DNA from: Candidatus Stammera capleta
GTDB taxonomy: Bacteria; Pseudomonadota; Gammaproteobacteria; Enterobacterales; Enterobacteriaceae
Length of the DNA stretch: 64,000 nucleotides
Direction of reading: 5' to 3'
NCBI GenBank assembly: GCA_036689255.1
Contig: CP144774.1
Span: 216,051 to 280,050, forward strand
Shown here: positions 10,729-20,390 of the stretch, piece after piece
Layout: the number at the start of each line of letters is the position of its first letter
Numbering within the stretch: position 1 is the stretch's first letter
The notes under the pieces: model-generated
The model's input: the letters and a program-made list of their open reading frames with translations, nothing else
The model's database searches: none
What the model was told of the DNA's origin: nothing
Position numbers and translations under genes: made by a program

Positions 10729-11814
10729 TTAAATTAAATTACTACAATTAAACAAATAAAAAACATGTCTTAAATAATTAATAATAGATTTTTGACTACA
10801 TCTTAACCAAATTCTAGGATCATAATATTTTTTATTAGGTTTATCTTTTCCTAAAGGATTTCCTAATTGAGAATTCAAATATTCCTTTTTTAAGGAATAA
10901 TATTTTAAAACTCCTTTCCATGATGACCATTGTATATCAGTATCCAAATTTATTTTAATAACACCATACTTTATAGATTTTTTTATTACTTTCTCTGAAG
11001 ATCCAGAACCACCATGAAATACAAAATTTAAAGGATTTTTATTACTTAAACAATTAACATCACTTATTAATTTTTGAGAATTATACAAAATTTCAGGTAA
11101 TAATTTAACATTACCTTGTTTGTAAACTCCATGAGTATTACCAAATGACGCAGCAACAGTAAAATATTTACTTATTTTAACTAATTTATCATAAGCATAT
11201 AAAACATCTTTAGGATTAGTATATAACTTATCATGAGAAATATTACTATTATCTAAACCATCTTCTTCTCCACCTGTACACCCTAACTCTATTTCTAAAT
11301 TAATATTAATATTAGACATTTTTTTCAAATAACTACTACATATATCTATATTTTCATAAATATTACAATTAGATAAATCTATCATATGAGAAGTAAATAA
11401 AGTTTTCCCATGTAAATAGTAATAATCCTTACTTTTTTGTAATAATTTATTTAACCAAGGAAGATATTCTTTCGTACAATGATCTGTATGCAATACAACA
11501 GGAATTTGATAATATCGAGAAACTTCATGTACATATTTAGCTGCTAATATAGAACCATAAACAGCTGCATCAACTTTATTCTTATAAAAAGATAATTTTT
11601 TACCAATAAAAAAAATAGAACCTGAAAAAGAAAATTGTATCACAACAATAGTTTTATATTTTTTAGCTGCTTCTAATACAGAATTAATTGAATTCGTATC
11701 TACACAATTAATAGCTGCTAACGCAAATTTCCTTTTTTTAGCTACATAAAATATTTTATGTAAATCCTTACCAGAAACTACTCCAGGGTTAAGAAAATCT
11801 AAAAATAAAGACAT
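10729..11814 (-). CDS. fbaA: Fructose-bisphosphate aldolase, class II
   Basis: Collinear with E. coli FbaA (LHTDHC, LFTSHMIDLS, LEIELGCTGGEEDG, FGN.HGVYK.GNV.L.P, NFVFHGGSGS, PNKKYYDPR.WLR). The ORF extends to 11829. I prefer the ATG at 11814 (MSLFLDF.. versus E. coli MSKIFDF..). Confidence 0.94.
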   Translation of the reverse strand: MSLFLDFLNPGVVSGKDLHKIFYVAKKRKFALAAINCVDTNSINSVLEAAKKYKTIVVIQFSFSGSIFFIGKKLSFYKNKVDAAVYGSILAAKYVHEVSRYYQIPVVLHTDHCTKEYLPWLNKLLQKSKDYYYLHGKTLFTSHMIDLSNCNIYENIDICSSYLKKMSNININLEIELGCTGGEEDGLDNSNISHDKLYTNPKDVLYAYDKLVKISKYFTVAASFGNTHGVYKQGNVKLLPEILYNSQKLISDVNCLSNKNPLNFVFHGGSGSSEKVIKKSIKYGVIKINLDTDIQWSSWKGVLKYYSLKKEYLNSQLGNPLGKDKPNKKYYDPRIWLRCSQKSIINYLRHVFYLFNCSNLI

Positions 11815-11873
11815 AATCATTAAAACCATATAAATTAAATAATTTTTATATTGAACATAAATTATTAAATTAA

Positions 11874-13049
11874 TTAAAAATTAATTTTTGATTTCTTCTC
11901 AAGAATAGAAATTACAGGTAATTTTTTACCTTCTATAAATTCTAAAAATGCTCCCCCACCTGTAGATATATAAGATATTTTCTTAGTAACACCAAATAAT
12001 TCAATAGCAGATATTGTGTCCCCCCCACCTGCTATAGTAAATGCATTACTTTTTATTATAGCTTCAACTATCATCTTAGTACCTTCTCTAAATTTTTCAC
12101 ATTCAAAAACACCAACTGGTCCATTCCATAAAATAGTCTTTGCTTTTAACAAAATATTAAATATAAACTTAATGGTAAGTTCTCCAAAATCCATTATTTC
12201 TTCATCATCACATATATTATTTACATTTTTTACTATAGATATAAATTTATCAGAAACCTTTTTACAAACTTTACAATCCACAGGAACAGGAATATTATAT
12301 TTATCACGTAAATTTTTTGCCAAAGAAATAAAATCTGGTTCAAACAAAGATTTACCAACTTTATTATCTATCGCTATAAAAGTATTAGCAATACCACCAC
12401 CAACAATAACAGTATCTGAAATTCTAACCAAAGAATTTAATACATTAAATTTAGTAGAAACTTTAGATCCTCCTACAACAGCAACCATAGGTCTAGAAGG
12501 ATTAACCATTGCCATAGATAAAGCAGTAATTTCCTTATAAAATAAAGGACCTATACAAGAACATGAAAATTTAATTACCCCATAAGTAGAAGCATGTTTT
12601 CTATGAGCAGAAGCAAAAGCGTCCATTATAAATATATCACATAAACTTGCATATTTTTTTGATAAAAATTTATCATTTTCAATTTCACCTTTATTAAAAC
12701 GAACATTTTCCAATAATAAAATTTCTTTTTTAGAATCATCAAACATAATTTCATTATGTAAATAATTTTGAACCAATCTTACTGAAATTGGTAAAAATTT
12801 TTCTAAATATTCAGCAATAAATAATAAAGATAAATTTTCATCAAATACTCCAGGAACAGGCCTACCTAAATGAGTTGCTAAAATAATTTTAGCACCTTTC
12901 TTTAAAGCTAATTTAATAGTAGGAATAGATAATATTATTTTTTTATCTGATAATATCTTTTTATTTTTAAAAGGAACATTTAAATCTAATCTAATCAGCA
13001 CCCTTTTATTTTCTAAATTCAAATCCTGCATTTTATTTATAAACATCAT
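11874..13049 (-). CDS. pgk: Phosphoglycerate kinase
   Basis: 391 aa versus 387 in E. coli. Blocks: R.DLNVP, THLGRP, LLENVRFNKGE, DAFASAHR, RPMVAVVGGSKVSTK, GGGIANTF, ILWNGPVGVFE, GGGDT, ISTGGGAFLEF.EGK.LP. The conserved pgk-fbaA pair is kept. Confidence 0.96.
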   Translation of the reverse strand: MMFINKMQDLNLENKRVLIRLDLNVPFKNKKILSDKKIILSIPTIKLALKKGAKIILATHLGRPVPGVFDENLSLLFIAEYLEKFLPISVRLVQNYLHNEIMFDDSKKEILLLENVRFNKGEIENDKFLSKKYASLCDIFIMDAFASAHRKHASTYGVIKFSCSCIGPLFYKEITALSMAMVNPSRPMVAVVGGSKVSTKFNVLNSLVRISDTVIVGGGIANTFIAIDNKVGKSLFEPDFISLAKNLRDKYNIPVPVDCKVCKKVSDKFISIVKNVNNICDDEEIMDFGELTIKFIFNILLKAKTILWNGPVGVFECEKFREGTKMIVEAIIKSNAFTIAGGGDTISAIELFGVTKKISYISTGGGAFLEFIEGKKLPVISILEKKSKINF

Positions 13050-13242
13050 TAAACCTTATAAATTAATGTTTTATTAAAGAAATCAATATAACTATTATAA
13101 AATATATTTTCATTGACAAACAAAAGAATATTACTTTTTATTATAGTAAAATATTTAAATATTTTAAAAACAAAACATTTTAATTATATATATAATTTAT
13201 ATATATACTGTTTATATATTAAAATCAAGATAATTATTTTAT

Positions 13243-13785
13243 TCACACACTTTCATACCATAACCTATAAAATTCCTTTTTATATTTATTAACAATTTTA
13301 GGAAAATATTCTAAAAAAATAATATTCTCCGCATTATTGTTTTGTGCATTAAATGTATAATTATAAGAACCTGTACCAACTATATTATTATCTATAATTA
13401 TAAATTTATTATGCATATTCCTATATAAATAATTAAATTTAATATTTGTATTTCTTAAATATTTTTTTATTTTTTGTTTATTTCTCAATACATTTCCATC
13501 TAAAATAATTTTTACATTAACACCTCTATAAACAGCTTTCAATAAAGAATTAGCTATTTTCTTATCAGTAAAATTATACATAACTAATAAAATTTCTTTA
13601 CTTGCTTTATTTATAAAATTTATTATAATATTTTCTGTATTTCCATAAGGAGAAAATGAAATAAATATTTTAGGTTTAAATAAAGAGTTACTTAACAAAA
13701 AATTATTAAAATAATTACTATTAACTAATAACAATATAAACAAAAAAAAACTACATATTTTTTTTTTATATTTTATAATAAACAT
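13243..13785 (-). CDS. nuc: Nuc-like PLD-superfamily endonuclease (single HKD motif) with a signal-peptide-like N-terminus
   Basis: 180 aa. The N-terminus MFIIKYKKK+ICSFFLFILLLV is basic then hydrophobic. There is one HxK(x)4D..GSxN motif (HNKFIIIDNNIVGTGSYNYT). The overall layout matches my recollection of the pKM101/Salmonella periplasmic Nuc. The start lies 4 nt after the fldA stop. Confidence 0.72.
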   Translation of the reverse strand: MFIIKYKKKICSFFLFILLLVNSNYFNNFLLSNSLFKPKIFISFSPYGNTENIIINFINKASKEILLVMYNFTDKKIANSLLKAVYRGVNVKIILDGNVLRNKQKIKKYLRNTNIKFNYLYRNMHNKFIIIDNNIVGTGSYNYTFNAQNNNAENIIFLEYFPKIVNKYKKEFYRLWYESV

Positions 13786-13789
13786 AATA

Positions 13790-14320
13790 TTAATTTATTT
13801 TATATTCTTTTCGTATTTTAAAAATCAATTTTTTTACCCATATACAAACTCTATTAACACTTAACATAGATTGATTATTTTCATCCAATAATAAACCTAA
13901 AAAATATTCTTTATTTAATAAACTTTTAGATTTTAAAAAATTATAACCATCTGTAGACCAATAACCAATAACATTAGCTTTATTATTTTTTACAATATTA
14001 TACAATACACTCAATCCATTACCAAATGTTTTACTATAATTTACTTGATCACCACAACCAAATAAAGAAACTATTTTTTTACTAAAATCAATTTTTTTTA
14101 ATTTAACTAAAAAATTATTCCAATCATGTTGTATTTCGCCATTATACCATGTTGATGCACCTAATATAAAAATATTATTTTTTTTAAATTCATTCAAATC
14201 AACTTTGGATATATTAAATATTTTAACATTATAAAATTTATTAATTTCTTTTTTTATTAAATAAGCTATTTTCTTGGTATCACCTGTGCTACTACCAAAA
14301 TATATTCCAATATTAATCAT
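13790..14320 (-). CDS. fldA: Flavodoxin 1
   Basis: The ORF runs to 14377, but the ATG at 14320 gives 176 aa, the same as E. coli FldA, and the aligned N-terminus M.N.GI.FGS.TG.T..IA. Other blocks: W.NGE.Q.DW..F, LFGCGDQ, GYW.T.GY.F, GL..DE.NQ. Confidence 0.92.
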   Translation of the reverse strand: MINIGIYFGSSTGDTKKIAYLIKKEINKFYNVKIFNISKVDLNEFKKNNIFILGASTWYNGEIQHDWNNFLVKLKKIDFSKKIVSLFGCGDQVNYSKTFGNGLSVLYNIVKNNKANVIGYWSTDGYNFLKSKSLLNKEYFLGLLLDENNQSMLSVNRVCIWVKKLIFKIRKEYKIN

Positions 14321-14471
14321 AAAAATCACCACTATTAAATAATAAATAACAAATAAAAATTTATATATTTTTTGCAAAAAAATTAAATACTTTAATAAAA
14401 AATAATTTTTTCAATAGTAAAATATTTAAATAAAAAATTAAAAAAATAAACATTAAACATAATTTCTAACA

Positions 14472-15281
14472 ATGAATATTAATAAATTAAATATTTTAAT
14501 CATAGATTCAGGAATAGGTGGACTATTTATTCTAAAAAAAATAAAACACTTAATACCAAAAAATATTAATTACATATACTTAATGGACAATAAAAGTTTT
14601 CCCTATGGACAAAAAAATTATCTATATATATTCAAAAGAATAACTAATATTATAACATTTATATCTAATAAATACAAAATTATAATGTCAATTATTGCTT
14701 GTAATACAGCAAGTATTATATGTAATAAATATATTGAAAATAAATTTTCTTTTCCTATCATAAAAATATTTCCTAATCTTAATTTAGCTTCTCAAAAAAC
14801 AAAAAATAACATAATAGGATTGCTAGCTACATTTTCAACCATTAACAATAATTTAATTAAACAAAAAATAAAAAAACTTCCTAAAAAAATTAAAATTATA
14901 AAAAAATATTCACTAGAACTAACAAAACAAGCAGAATTTAAAATAAAAAATAAAAAAATTAACAAAAAAAAATTAAAAAATATATTTAAAGACTGGATTA
15001 AATTAAATAAATATCCAGATACTATAATAATAGGATGTACTCATTTCAGTTTCTTGAAAAAAGAAATTAACAATATATTTAAAAAAAAATTTATCTTTAT
15101 TGAATACAATAAAAAAATCAAAAAAAAAATAATAAAAAATATTAATAAATATAAAAATATAAAAAATAACAAAAAAAAAAATATTTTCTTATTTACAAAA
15201 AAAAAAAAATATAAAATTAATTTTATTAAATTAATTCTAACAAAATTTAAATTTAATTTAATTAAAAATATAAATATTTAA
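14472..15281 (+). CDS. murI: Glutamate racemase
   Basis: 269 aa. It has IDSGIGGL, D...FPYG.K and the two catalytic Cys blocks ACNTAS and IIGCTHF. The C-terminal part is Lys-rich. Confidence 0.88.
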   Translation: MNINKLNILIIDSGIGGLFILKKIKHLIPKNINYIYLMDNKSFPYGQKNYLYIFKRITNIITFISNKYKIIMSIIACNTASIICNKYIENKFSFPIIKIFPNLNLASQKTKNNIIGLLATFSTINNNLIKQKIKKLPKKIKIIKKYSLELTKQAEFKIKNKKINKKKLKNIFKDWIKLNKYPDTIIIGCTHFSFLKKEINNIFKKKFIFIEYNKKIKKKIIKNINKYKNIKNNKKKNIFLFTKKKKYKINFIKLILTKFKFNLIKNINI

Positions 15282-15332
15282 AAATAAATGTTAGAATAAA
15301 ATTTAATTTTAAACACAAAAGGAATATTTTTT

Positions 15333-15941
15333 TTGAAAAATAAAACATTAAAAATAATACTTATTTATCTATTATTAAAATATTTAGAAAACAAGTTTAT
15401 TTTTCCTGAAAATGAAAATAATTACAAATGGAAAATACTATATTTTTTATATAAATTAAATTTTATAACAGATTTTCCTGTTATATTTATAACACACTTA
15501 TTACTTACTTTTTTTTATATCAAAAAATTAAAAAAAAAACTAAATAAAAAAATATTTTTAATTTTTCTTATATTACCTATAATATTTTTTTTAATTAAAT
15601 ATTTTTTAAAAAATATATTTTCTATACCAAGACCATATCATCAATATTTATTACAAAATCATTATAAAATAATCAATTTACCACATTGGATAATAAACTA
15701 TTGGAAAAAAAACGATAATTACTCATTCCCATCAGGACATACAATTTTTATTAGTTATTGGTTCTTTTTACTTAAAAAAAAATTAATAAAAACAAAATTA
15801 TTAAACATAATTTTCAATTTTTTATTTTTCTTGATAATAATAAGTAGAATATTACTTTATCTACATAAATCAGAAGATATAATCTTTTCAATATTAATAA
15901 ATTATTTTATTTTAAAATTATTAAACATAAAAATTATATAA
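15333..15941 (+). CDS. pgpB: PAP2-family lipid phosphatase (phosphatidylglycerophosphatase B-like), TTG start
   Basis: 202 aa, multi-TM. All three PAP2 motifs are intact: Kx6RP (KNIFSIPRP), PSGH (SFPSGHT) and SRx5Hx3D (SRILLYLHKSED). YWKKNDNYSFPSGH resembles E. coli PgpB HWQKETGFAFPSGH. TTG at 15333 lies 9 nt after AAAGGA. The family call is firm. The assignment within the family is tentative. Confidence 0.65.
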   Translation: MKNKTLKIILIYLLLKYLENKFIFPENENNYKWKILYFLYKLNFITDFPVIFITHLLLTFFYIKKLKKKLNKKIFLIFLILPIIFFLIKYFLKNIFSIPRPYHQYLLQNHYKIINLPHWIINYWKKNDNYSFPSGHTIFISYWFFLLKKKLIKTKLLNIIFNFLFFLIIISRILLYLHKSEDIIFSILINYFILKLLNIKII

Positions 15942-15955
15942 CATCCAATAAATAA

Positions 15956-16867
15956 TTAAACTTCAAAAATAGAAAAATCTTTAGCTAATTTAGTATTAGG
16001 AAAAAAATAAATACATTCATTTAATATTTTATTTAAACCATTATTTCTATATCTAGAACTAAAATGAGTAATTATTAATTTTTTTACTTTATGATTTTTA
16101 GCAAATATAGCCGCTTGAACATTAGTAGAATGACCTCTAGAATTAGCTTTAAACTCTAATGAATAATCCAATGTTGATTCATGAATTAAAACATCAACAA
16201 AAAAAATTTCATTACATAAATCATTTAAAGGAGAAGTATCACCTAAAATAACTATACTTTTACCTTTAATACTAGGTCCTAAATAATCAGCACCATTTAC
16301 AATAGTTCCATCATTTAAATTTACTTTTTTCCCTAACTTCAGATTTTTATATATTGGACCAGGATATATACCATCAGATATTAATTTAACTACATTTAAA
16401 TGTCCTAATTTATCAAATTCATTTACTTTATAACCATAACATTCTAAGGTATGATTCAAAAAAATAGATGTAACCTTAAATTCATCATTAGTAAATATTT
16501 CTCCTTCTTTTATTTCAATTATATCTAAAGGAAAATTTATATATGAATTACTCATTCTTAATGACATTTCAATATATGATTTTATACCTTTACAACCATA
16601 TATTTCTAATGAACATTGTGATGAATGAATAGATCTACTAGTTAATAAACCAGGTAAACCAAAAATATGATCTCCATGCATATGAGTTATAAATATTTTT
16701 TTAATTTTATTTAATTTTATAGATGTATGTAATATTTGATTTTGAGTTGACTCACCACAATCAAATAACCAAACATCTGATGTTTTTTTAAAAATCAATG
16801 CTATACTAGAAACATTTCTTTTAATATTTGGAGAACCAGCATTAGTACCTAAAAATTGAATTAACAT
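15956..16867 (-). CDS. rnz: Ribonuclease Z / RNase BN (tRNA 3' endonuclease)
   Basis: 303 aa versus 305 in E. coli. It starts M.I.FLGT.AG.P...RNV and has W.FDCGE.TQ.Q.LHT, the metallo-beta-lactamase motif HMHGDHIFGLPGLL, ECYGY, HE.TL and ANSRGHST. Confidence 0.93.
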   Translation of the reverse strand: MLIQFLGTNAGSPNIKRNVSSIALIFKKTSDVWLFDCGESTQNQILHTSIKLNKIKKIFITHMHGDHIFGLPGLLTSRSIHSSQCSLEIYGCKGIKSYIEMSLRMSNSYINFPLDIIEIKEGEIFTNDEFKVTSIFLNHTLECYGYKVNEFDKLGHLNVVKLISDGIYPGPIYKNLKLGKKVNLNDGTIVNGADYLGPSIKGKSIVILGDTSPLNDLCNEIFFVDVLIHESTLDYSLEFKANSRGHSTNVQAAIFAKNHKVKKLIITHFSSRYRNNGLNKILNECIYFFPNTKLAKDFSIFEV

Positions 16868-17204
16868 TTTAAATAACCAAAAAATAATTTTTGATTAAAA
16901 ATAATATTTATAAAATATTTATTCATATTCCTTGATAAATTAATATCAATAATTTAATAAATAATCTATTATTAAATTAGATTATTAATATAATCATAAA
17001 AATTAATAAATAATTAAACAAATTAATAAATCATTATCTATTAAAAATAAATAAATATTAACTTTGATAAAAATCTTTTTATTTAAAAAAAATAAAAAAA
17101 TTAAATAAATACATATTTTTATATTATACAATAAATAAAAATGAAAAAAATATACTAATTCACAATTAGTAAGCACTAAAAACAGAATACTTCTTTTAAA
17201 AATC

Positions 17205-18182
17205 ATGAACAAAATTAAGAATATAGCTATATTGACTAGTGGCGGAGATTCTCCAGGAATGAATACAGTTCTAGAAACAATAATATTAAATTTAATTAAT
17301 AAAAATATTAATGTTTATGGAATATATAATGGATATTATGGATTATTCCATAATAATATAAAACTACTTAACAAAAAAGATATTAAAAATATTTCCAATC
17401 AAGGAGGAACATTCTTAGGAACATCAAGATTTCCTGAATTAAAACTTATAGAAACAAGAATAAAAATAATCAAAATATTAAAAAAACAAAAAATAGATAT
17501 TTTAGTAATTATAGGAGGTGAAGGATCATATCTAGGAGCTAGAAAATTAATAAAAATGAATTTTCCTTGTATCACTATACCTGGTACCATAGATAATGAT
17601 ATATTAGGAACAGATTATACTATAGGTTTCCATACAGCACTTGAAACAATAACATCATCTATAAATAGATTAAAAGATACATCAAAATCACATAATAGAA
17701 TATTATTATTAGAAGTAATGGGAAGAAATTGTGGAGATTTAGCCTTATTATCATCAATAATAAAAAAATGTGAATTTGTAATATCACCAGAAACAAAATT
17801 TAATGAAGAACAACTCATTAAAAAAATAAAACATAATATTAATTATGGAATGAAAAACGCAATTATAATAATTACAGAAAATATATGTAATATTTATGAA
17901 TTATCTCATAAAATTGAAAAAAAAACTAAATTAGAAACTAGAGCAACATCTTTAGGTTATATACAAAGAGGAGGAAAACCTGTAATTTTAGATCAAATTT
18001 TAGCCATAAGAATTGGTCATTACGCTGTAAATATGATTTTAAATAATCAAATTAATAAATGCATAGGAATAAAAAATAATAAAATCATAAAATACAACTT
18101 TGAAAAAAACAAAAAACATAAAATACAATTCAAAACAAAATGGATAAAAAATCTATTTAAAAAAATATATTTAAATAATTAA
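17205..18182 (+). CDS. pfkA: ATP-dependent 6-phosphofructokinase
   Basis: 325 aa. Blocks: LTSGGDSPGMN, GG..LGTSR, GGEGSY.GA, PGTIDND, G.DYTIGF.TAL, E.MGR.CGDLAL, LGYIQRGG.P. Confidence 0.95.
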   Translation: MNKIKNIAILTSGGDSPGMNTVLETIILNLINKNINVYGIYNGYYGLFHNNIKLLNKKDIKNISNQGGTFLGTSRFPELKLIETRIKIIKILKKQKIDILVIIGGEGSYLGARKLIKMNFPCITIPGTIDNDILGTDYTIGFHTALETITSSINRLKDTSKSHNRILLLEVMGRNCGDLALLSSIIKKCEFVISPETKFNEEQLIKKIKHNINYGMKNAIIIITENICNIYELSHKIEKKTKLETRATSLGYIQRGGKPVILDQILAIRIGHYAVNMILNNQINKCIGIKNNKIIKYNFEKNKKHKIQFKTKWIKNLFKKIYLNN

Positions 18183-18203
18183 ATTTAACTTAAAAACAAA
18201 TCA

Positions 18204-19832
18204 ATGATAAATAAAAAAAATTTTATTTACAATATTGTTTTAAATGACATCAAAAAAAATAAAAAAATAAAAATAATAACAAGATTTCCACCTGAACCTA
18301 ATGGTAATTTACATATTGGTCATGCAAAATCTATATTTATAAATTTTAATTTATCTAAATTTTATAAAGGAAAATGTTTTTTAAGATTCGATGACACTAA
18401 TCCAAACAAAGAAAAAAAAAAATATGTTAAACAAATACAAAAAGATATAAAATGGTTAGGATACAAATGGTCTGAAAATATAAAATATTCTTCAGATTAT
18501 TTTAATTTATATTATAAATATGCTATAGAATTAATAAATAAAAAATTAGCATATATAGATGAATTAAACAAAAAAGAAATAAAAAAATTTAGAGGAACAT
18601 TCAAAAACCCAGGAATAAAAAGTCCATTTCGTAACAGAACTATAAAAGAAAATTTAATATTATTTGAAAAAATGAAAAATGGATTATATAAAGAAGGAGA
18701 AATGTGTTTAAGAGCAAAAATAGACATGAAATCAAAATATATAATTTTAAGAGATCCAGTTATATATAGAATAAAAAAAAAAATTCATTACAAAACTAAA
18801 AAAAAATGGAATATTTATCCAACATATGATTTTGCTCATTGTATATCTGATGCTATAGAAAAAATATCACATTCAATTTGCACTTTAGAATTTTCAGATA
18901 ACAGAAAATTATATGAATGGATATTAAACAATATTAGTATTAAACATCATCCTAAACAATATGAATTTTCCAAATTAAATATAACATATACAATAACTTC
19001 CAAAAGAAAAATTAAAAAACTAATTAAAAATAAAATAATTAATAAATGGAATGATCCCAGATTAATGACTTTGTCTGGTATGAAAAAAAGAGGTTATACT
19101 GCTAAATCAATCAATAAATTTTGTAATAAAATAGGAATTAGCAAACAAAACAGTAATATAGATATTTCAATTTTAGAAGAATGTTTAAGAAAAGAATTAA
19201 ATAAAACAACACCTAGAATTATGGCTGTAATAAATCCATTAAAAATAATTTTAACTAATATTGATGAAAAAAAAATTATTAATATAAAAATACCTAATCA
19301 TCCTAAAAATAAAAAAATGGGAAAAAGAAATATTATTTTAAGCTCAATAATATATATAGATATTAAAGACTTTGAAAATGAAAATTCAAACAACTTCCAT
19401 AAATTAAGATTAGGAAAAAAGATAAAATTAAAATATGCAGGAATAATAAAACTAAAAAACATAATAAAAGATATAAATCTTAATATTTTATATTTAAAAT
19501 GTAAATATTATAATATAAAAATAAAAAAAATAAAAAATATAGGTATAATACATTGGATATCTAAAAAAAATATTATAAAAAGCAAATTTAGATTTTTTAA
19601 TAAATTATTTACAAAAAAAAACCCAAATAAAGAAAAAAATATATTATCCATAATTAATCCTAAATCAATAATTATTAAAAATGGATATATAGAAAAACAA
19701 ATAAAAAATATAAAAAAACACAAAATATACCAATTCGAAAGAGAAGGATATTTTAAATTTAAAAAATACAAAAACAAAAAATTATCATTTGATAGAATAA
19801 TTTCATTAAAAAAAAATTATAAAAATAATTAA
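18204..19832 (+). CDS. glnS: Glutaminyl-tRNA synthetase
   Basis: 542 aa. TRFPPEPNG.LHIGHAKS (HIGH motif), LRFDDTNP, YPTYDFAHC.SDA.E.I.HS.CTLEF and the LTYT.TSKRK (KMSKS-like) block are collinear with E. coli GlnRS. Confidence 0.95.
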   Translation: MINKKNFIYNIVLNDIKKNKKIKIITRFPPEPNGNLHIGHAKSIFINFNLSKFYKGKCFLRFDDTNPNKEKKKYVKQIQKDIKWLGYKWSENIKYSSDYFNLYYKYAIELINKKLAYIDELNKKEIKKFRGTFKNPGIKSPFRNRTIKENLILFEKMKNGLYKEGEMCLRAKIDMKSKYIILRDPVIYRIKKKIHYKTKKKWNIYPTYDFAHCISDAIEKISHSICTLEFSDNRKLYEWILNNISIKHHPKQYEFSKLNITYTITSKRKIKKLIKNKIINKWNDPRLMTLSGMKKRGYTAKSINKFCNKIGISKQNSNIDISILEECLRKELNKTTPRIMAVINPLKIILTNIDEKKIINIKIPNHPKNKKMGKRNIILSSIIYIDIKDFENENSNNFHKLRLGKKIKLKYAGIIKLKNIIKDINLNILYLKCKYYNIKIKKIKNIGIIHWISKKNIIKSKFRFFNKLFTKKNPNKEKNILSIINPKSIIIKNGYIEKQIKNIKKHKIYQFEREGYFKFKKYKNKKLSFDRIISLKKNYKNN

Positions 19833-19883
19833 ACATATATTTAAATTTTTTTACCAACAAATTTAATAAACAAAAGTATATTT

Positions 19884-20336
19884 ATGAAAATAAAACAAAA
19901 AAAAAATAAATCTACAAATTTATTTAACATAAAAAATATAAAACCTTACAAAGAAAAAAAAAATGAAAAATATATGAATGATTTACAAATAAATCATTTT
20001 AAAAAAATTCTTTTAAATTTATACAAACAATTAACATTTAACATAAAAAATAAAAAAATTTTAAAAAACAAAAATAATATAAATTTTGCAGATCCAATAG
20101 ATAGAGCAACACAAGAAGAAGAATTTAAATTTACATTAAGAAATATAGATAGAGAAACAAAAATAATTAACAAAATAAAAAATACAATCAAAAAAATAAA
20201 TGAAAATAATTTTGGTTACTGTATTTCCTGTCATACAAAAATAGGAATAAAAAGACTAGAAGCACAACCAACTGCAGATCTATGCATAGATTGCAAAATA
20301 TTATCTGAAATAAAAGAAAAACAAATTAACAATTAA
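19884..20336 (+). CDS. dksA: RNA polymerase-binding transcription factor DksA
   Basis: 150 aa versus 151 in E. coli. It has the DP.DRATQEEEF coiled-coil tip and the C4 zinc finger GYC.SC...IG.KRLEA.PTADLCIDCK. Confidence 0.92.
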   Translation: MKIKQKKNKSTNLFNIKNIKPYKEKKNEKYMNDLQINHFKKILLNLYKQLTFNIKNKKILKNKNNINFADPIDRATQEEEFKFTLRNIDRETKIINKIKNTIKKINENNFGYCISCHTKIGIKRLEAQPTADLCIDCKILSEIKEKQINN

Positions 20337-20390
20337 TTTTAAAAATTTTTATTTAATTAAATAAATTAATACACATTAATCAATAATAAA

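Noticed and set aside
12016-12540. 174-aa ORF on the + strand, antisense to pgk
   Set aside because: It is embedded in the strongly conserved pgk gene and has no motifs. It is a shadow ORF produced by codon-position bias.
13112-13150. TTGACA-N17-TTTTAT promoter-like string on the + strand in the pgk/nuc spacer
   Set aside because: It points into the antisense of nuc/fldA, with no + strand gene downstream. -10-like hexamers are ubiquitous at this A+T content, so promoter calls from sequence alone are not reliable here.
16960-16986. A 9-bp perfect inverted repeat, AATAATCTA-N9-TAGATTATT, in the rnz/pfkA spacer
   Set aside because: It is almost pure A/T. Inverted repeats of this size are expected by chance in roughly 80% A+T DNA, and there is no second copy or conserved context. 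It could be an operator, but I cannot support that.
17003-17212. 69-aa ORF in the 337-nt rnz/pfkA divergent spacer (the longest spacer in the window)
   Set aside because: It is a Phe/Leu/Ile-only low-complexity peptide that overlaps the pfkA start. It has no SD and no similarity to any small protein I know. The spacer more likely holds the two divergent promoters or eroded DNA.
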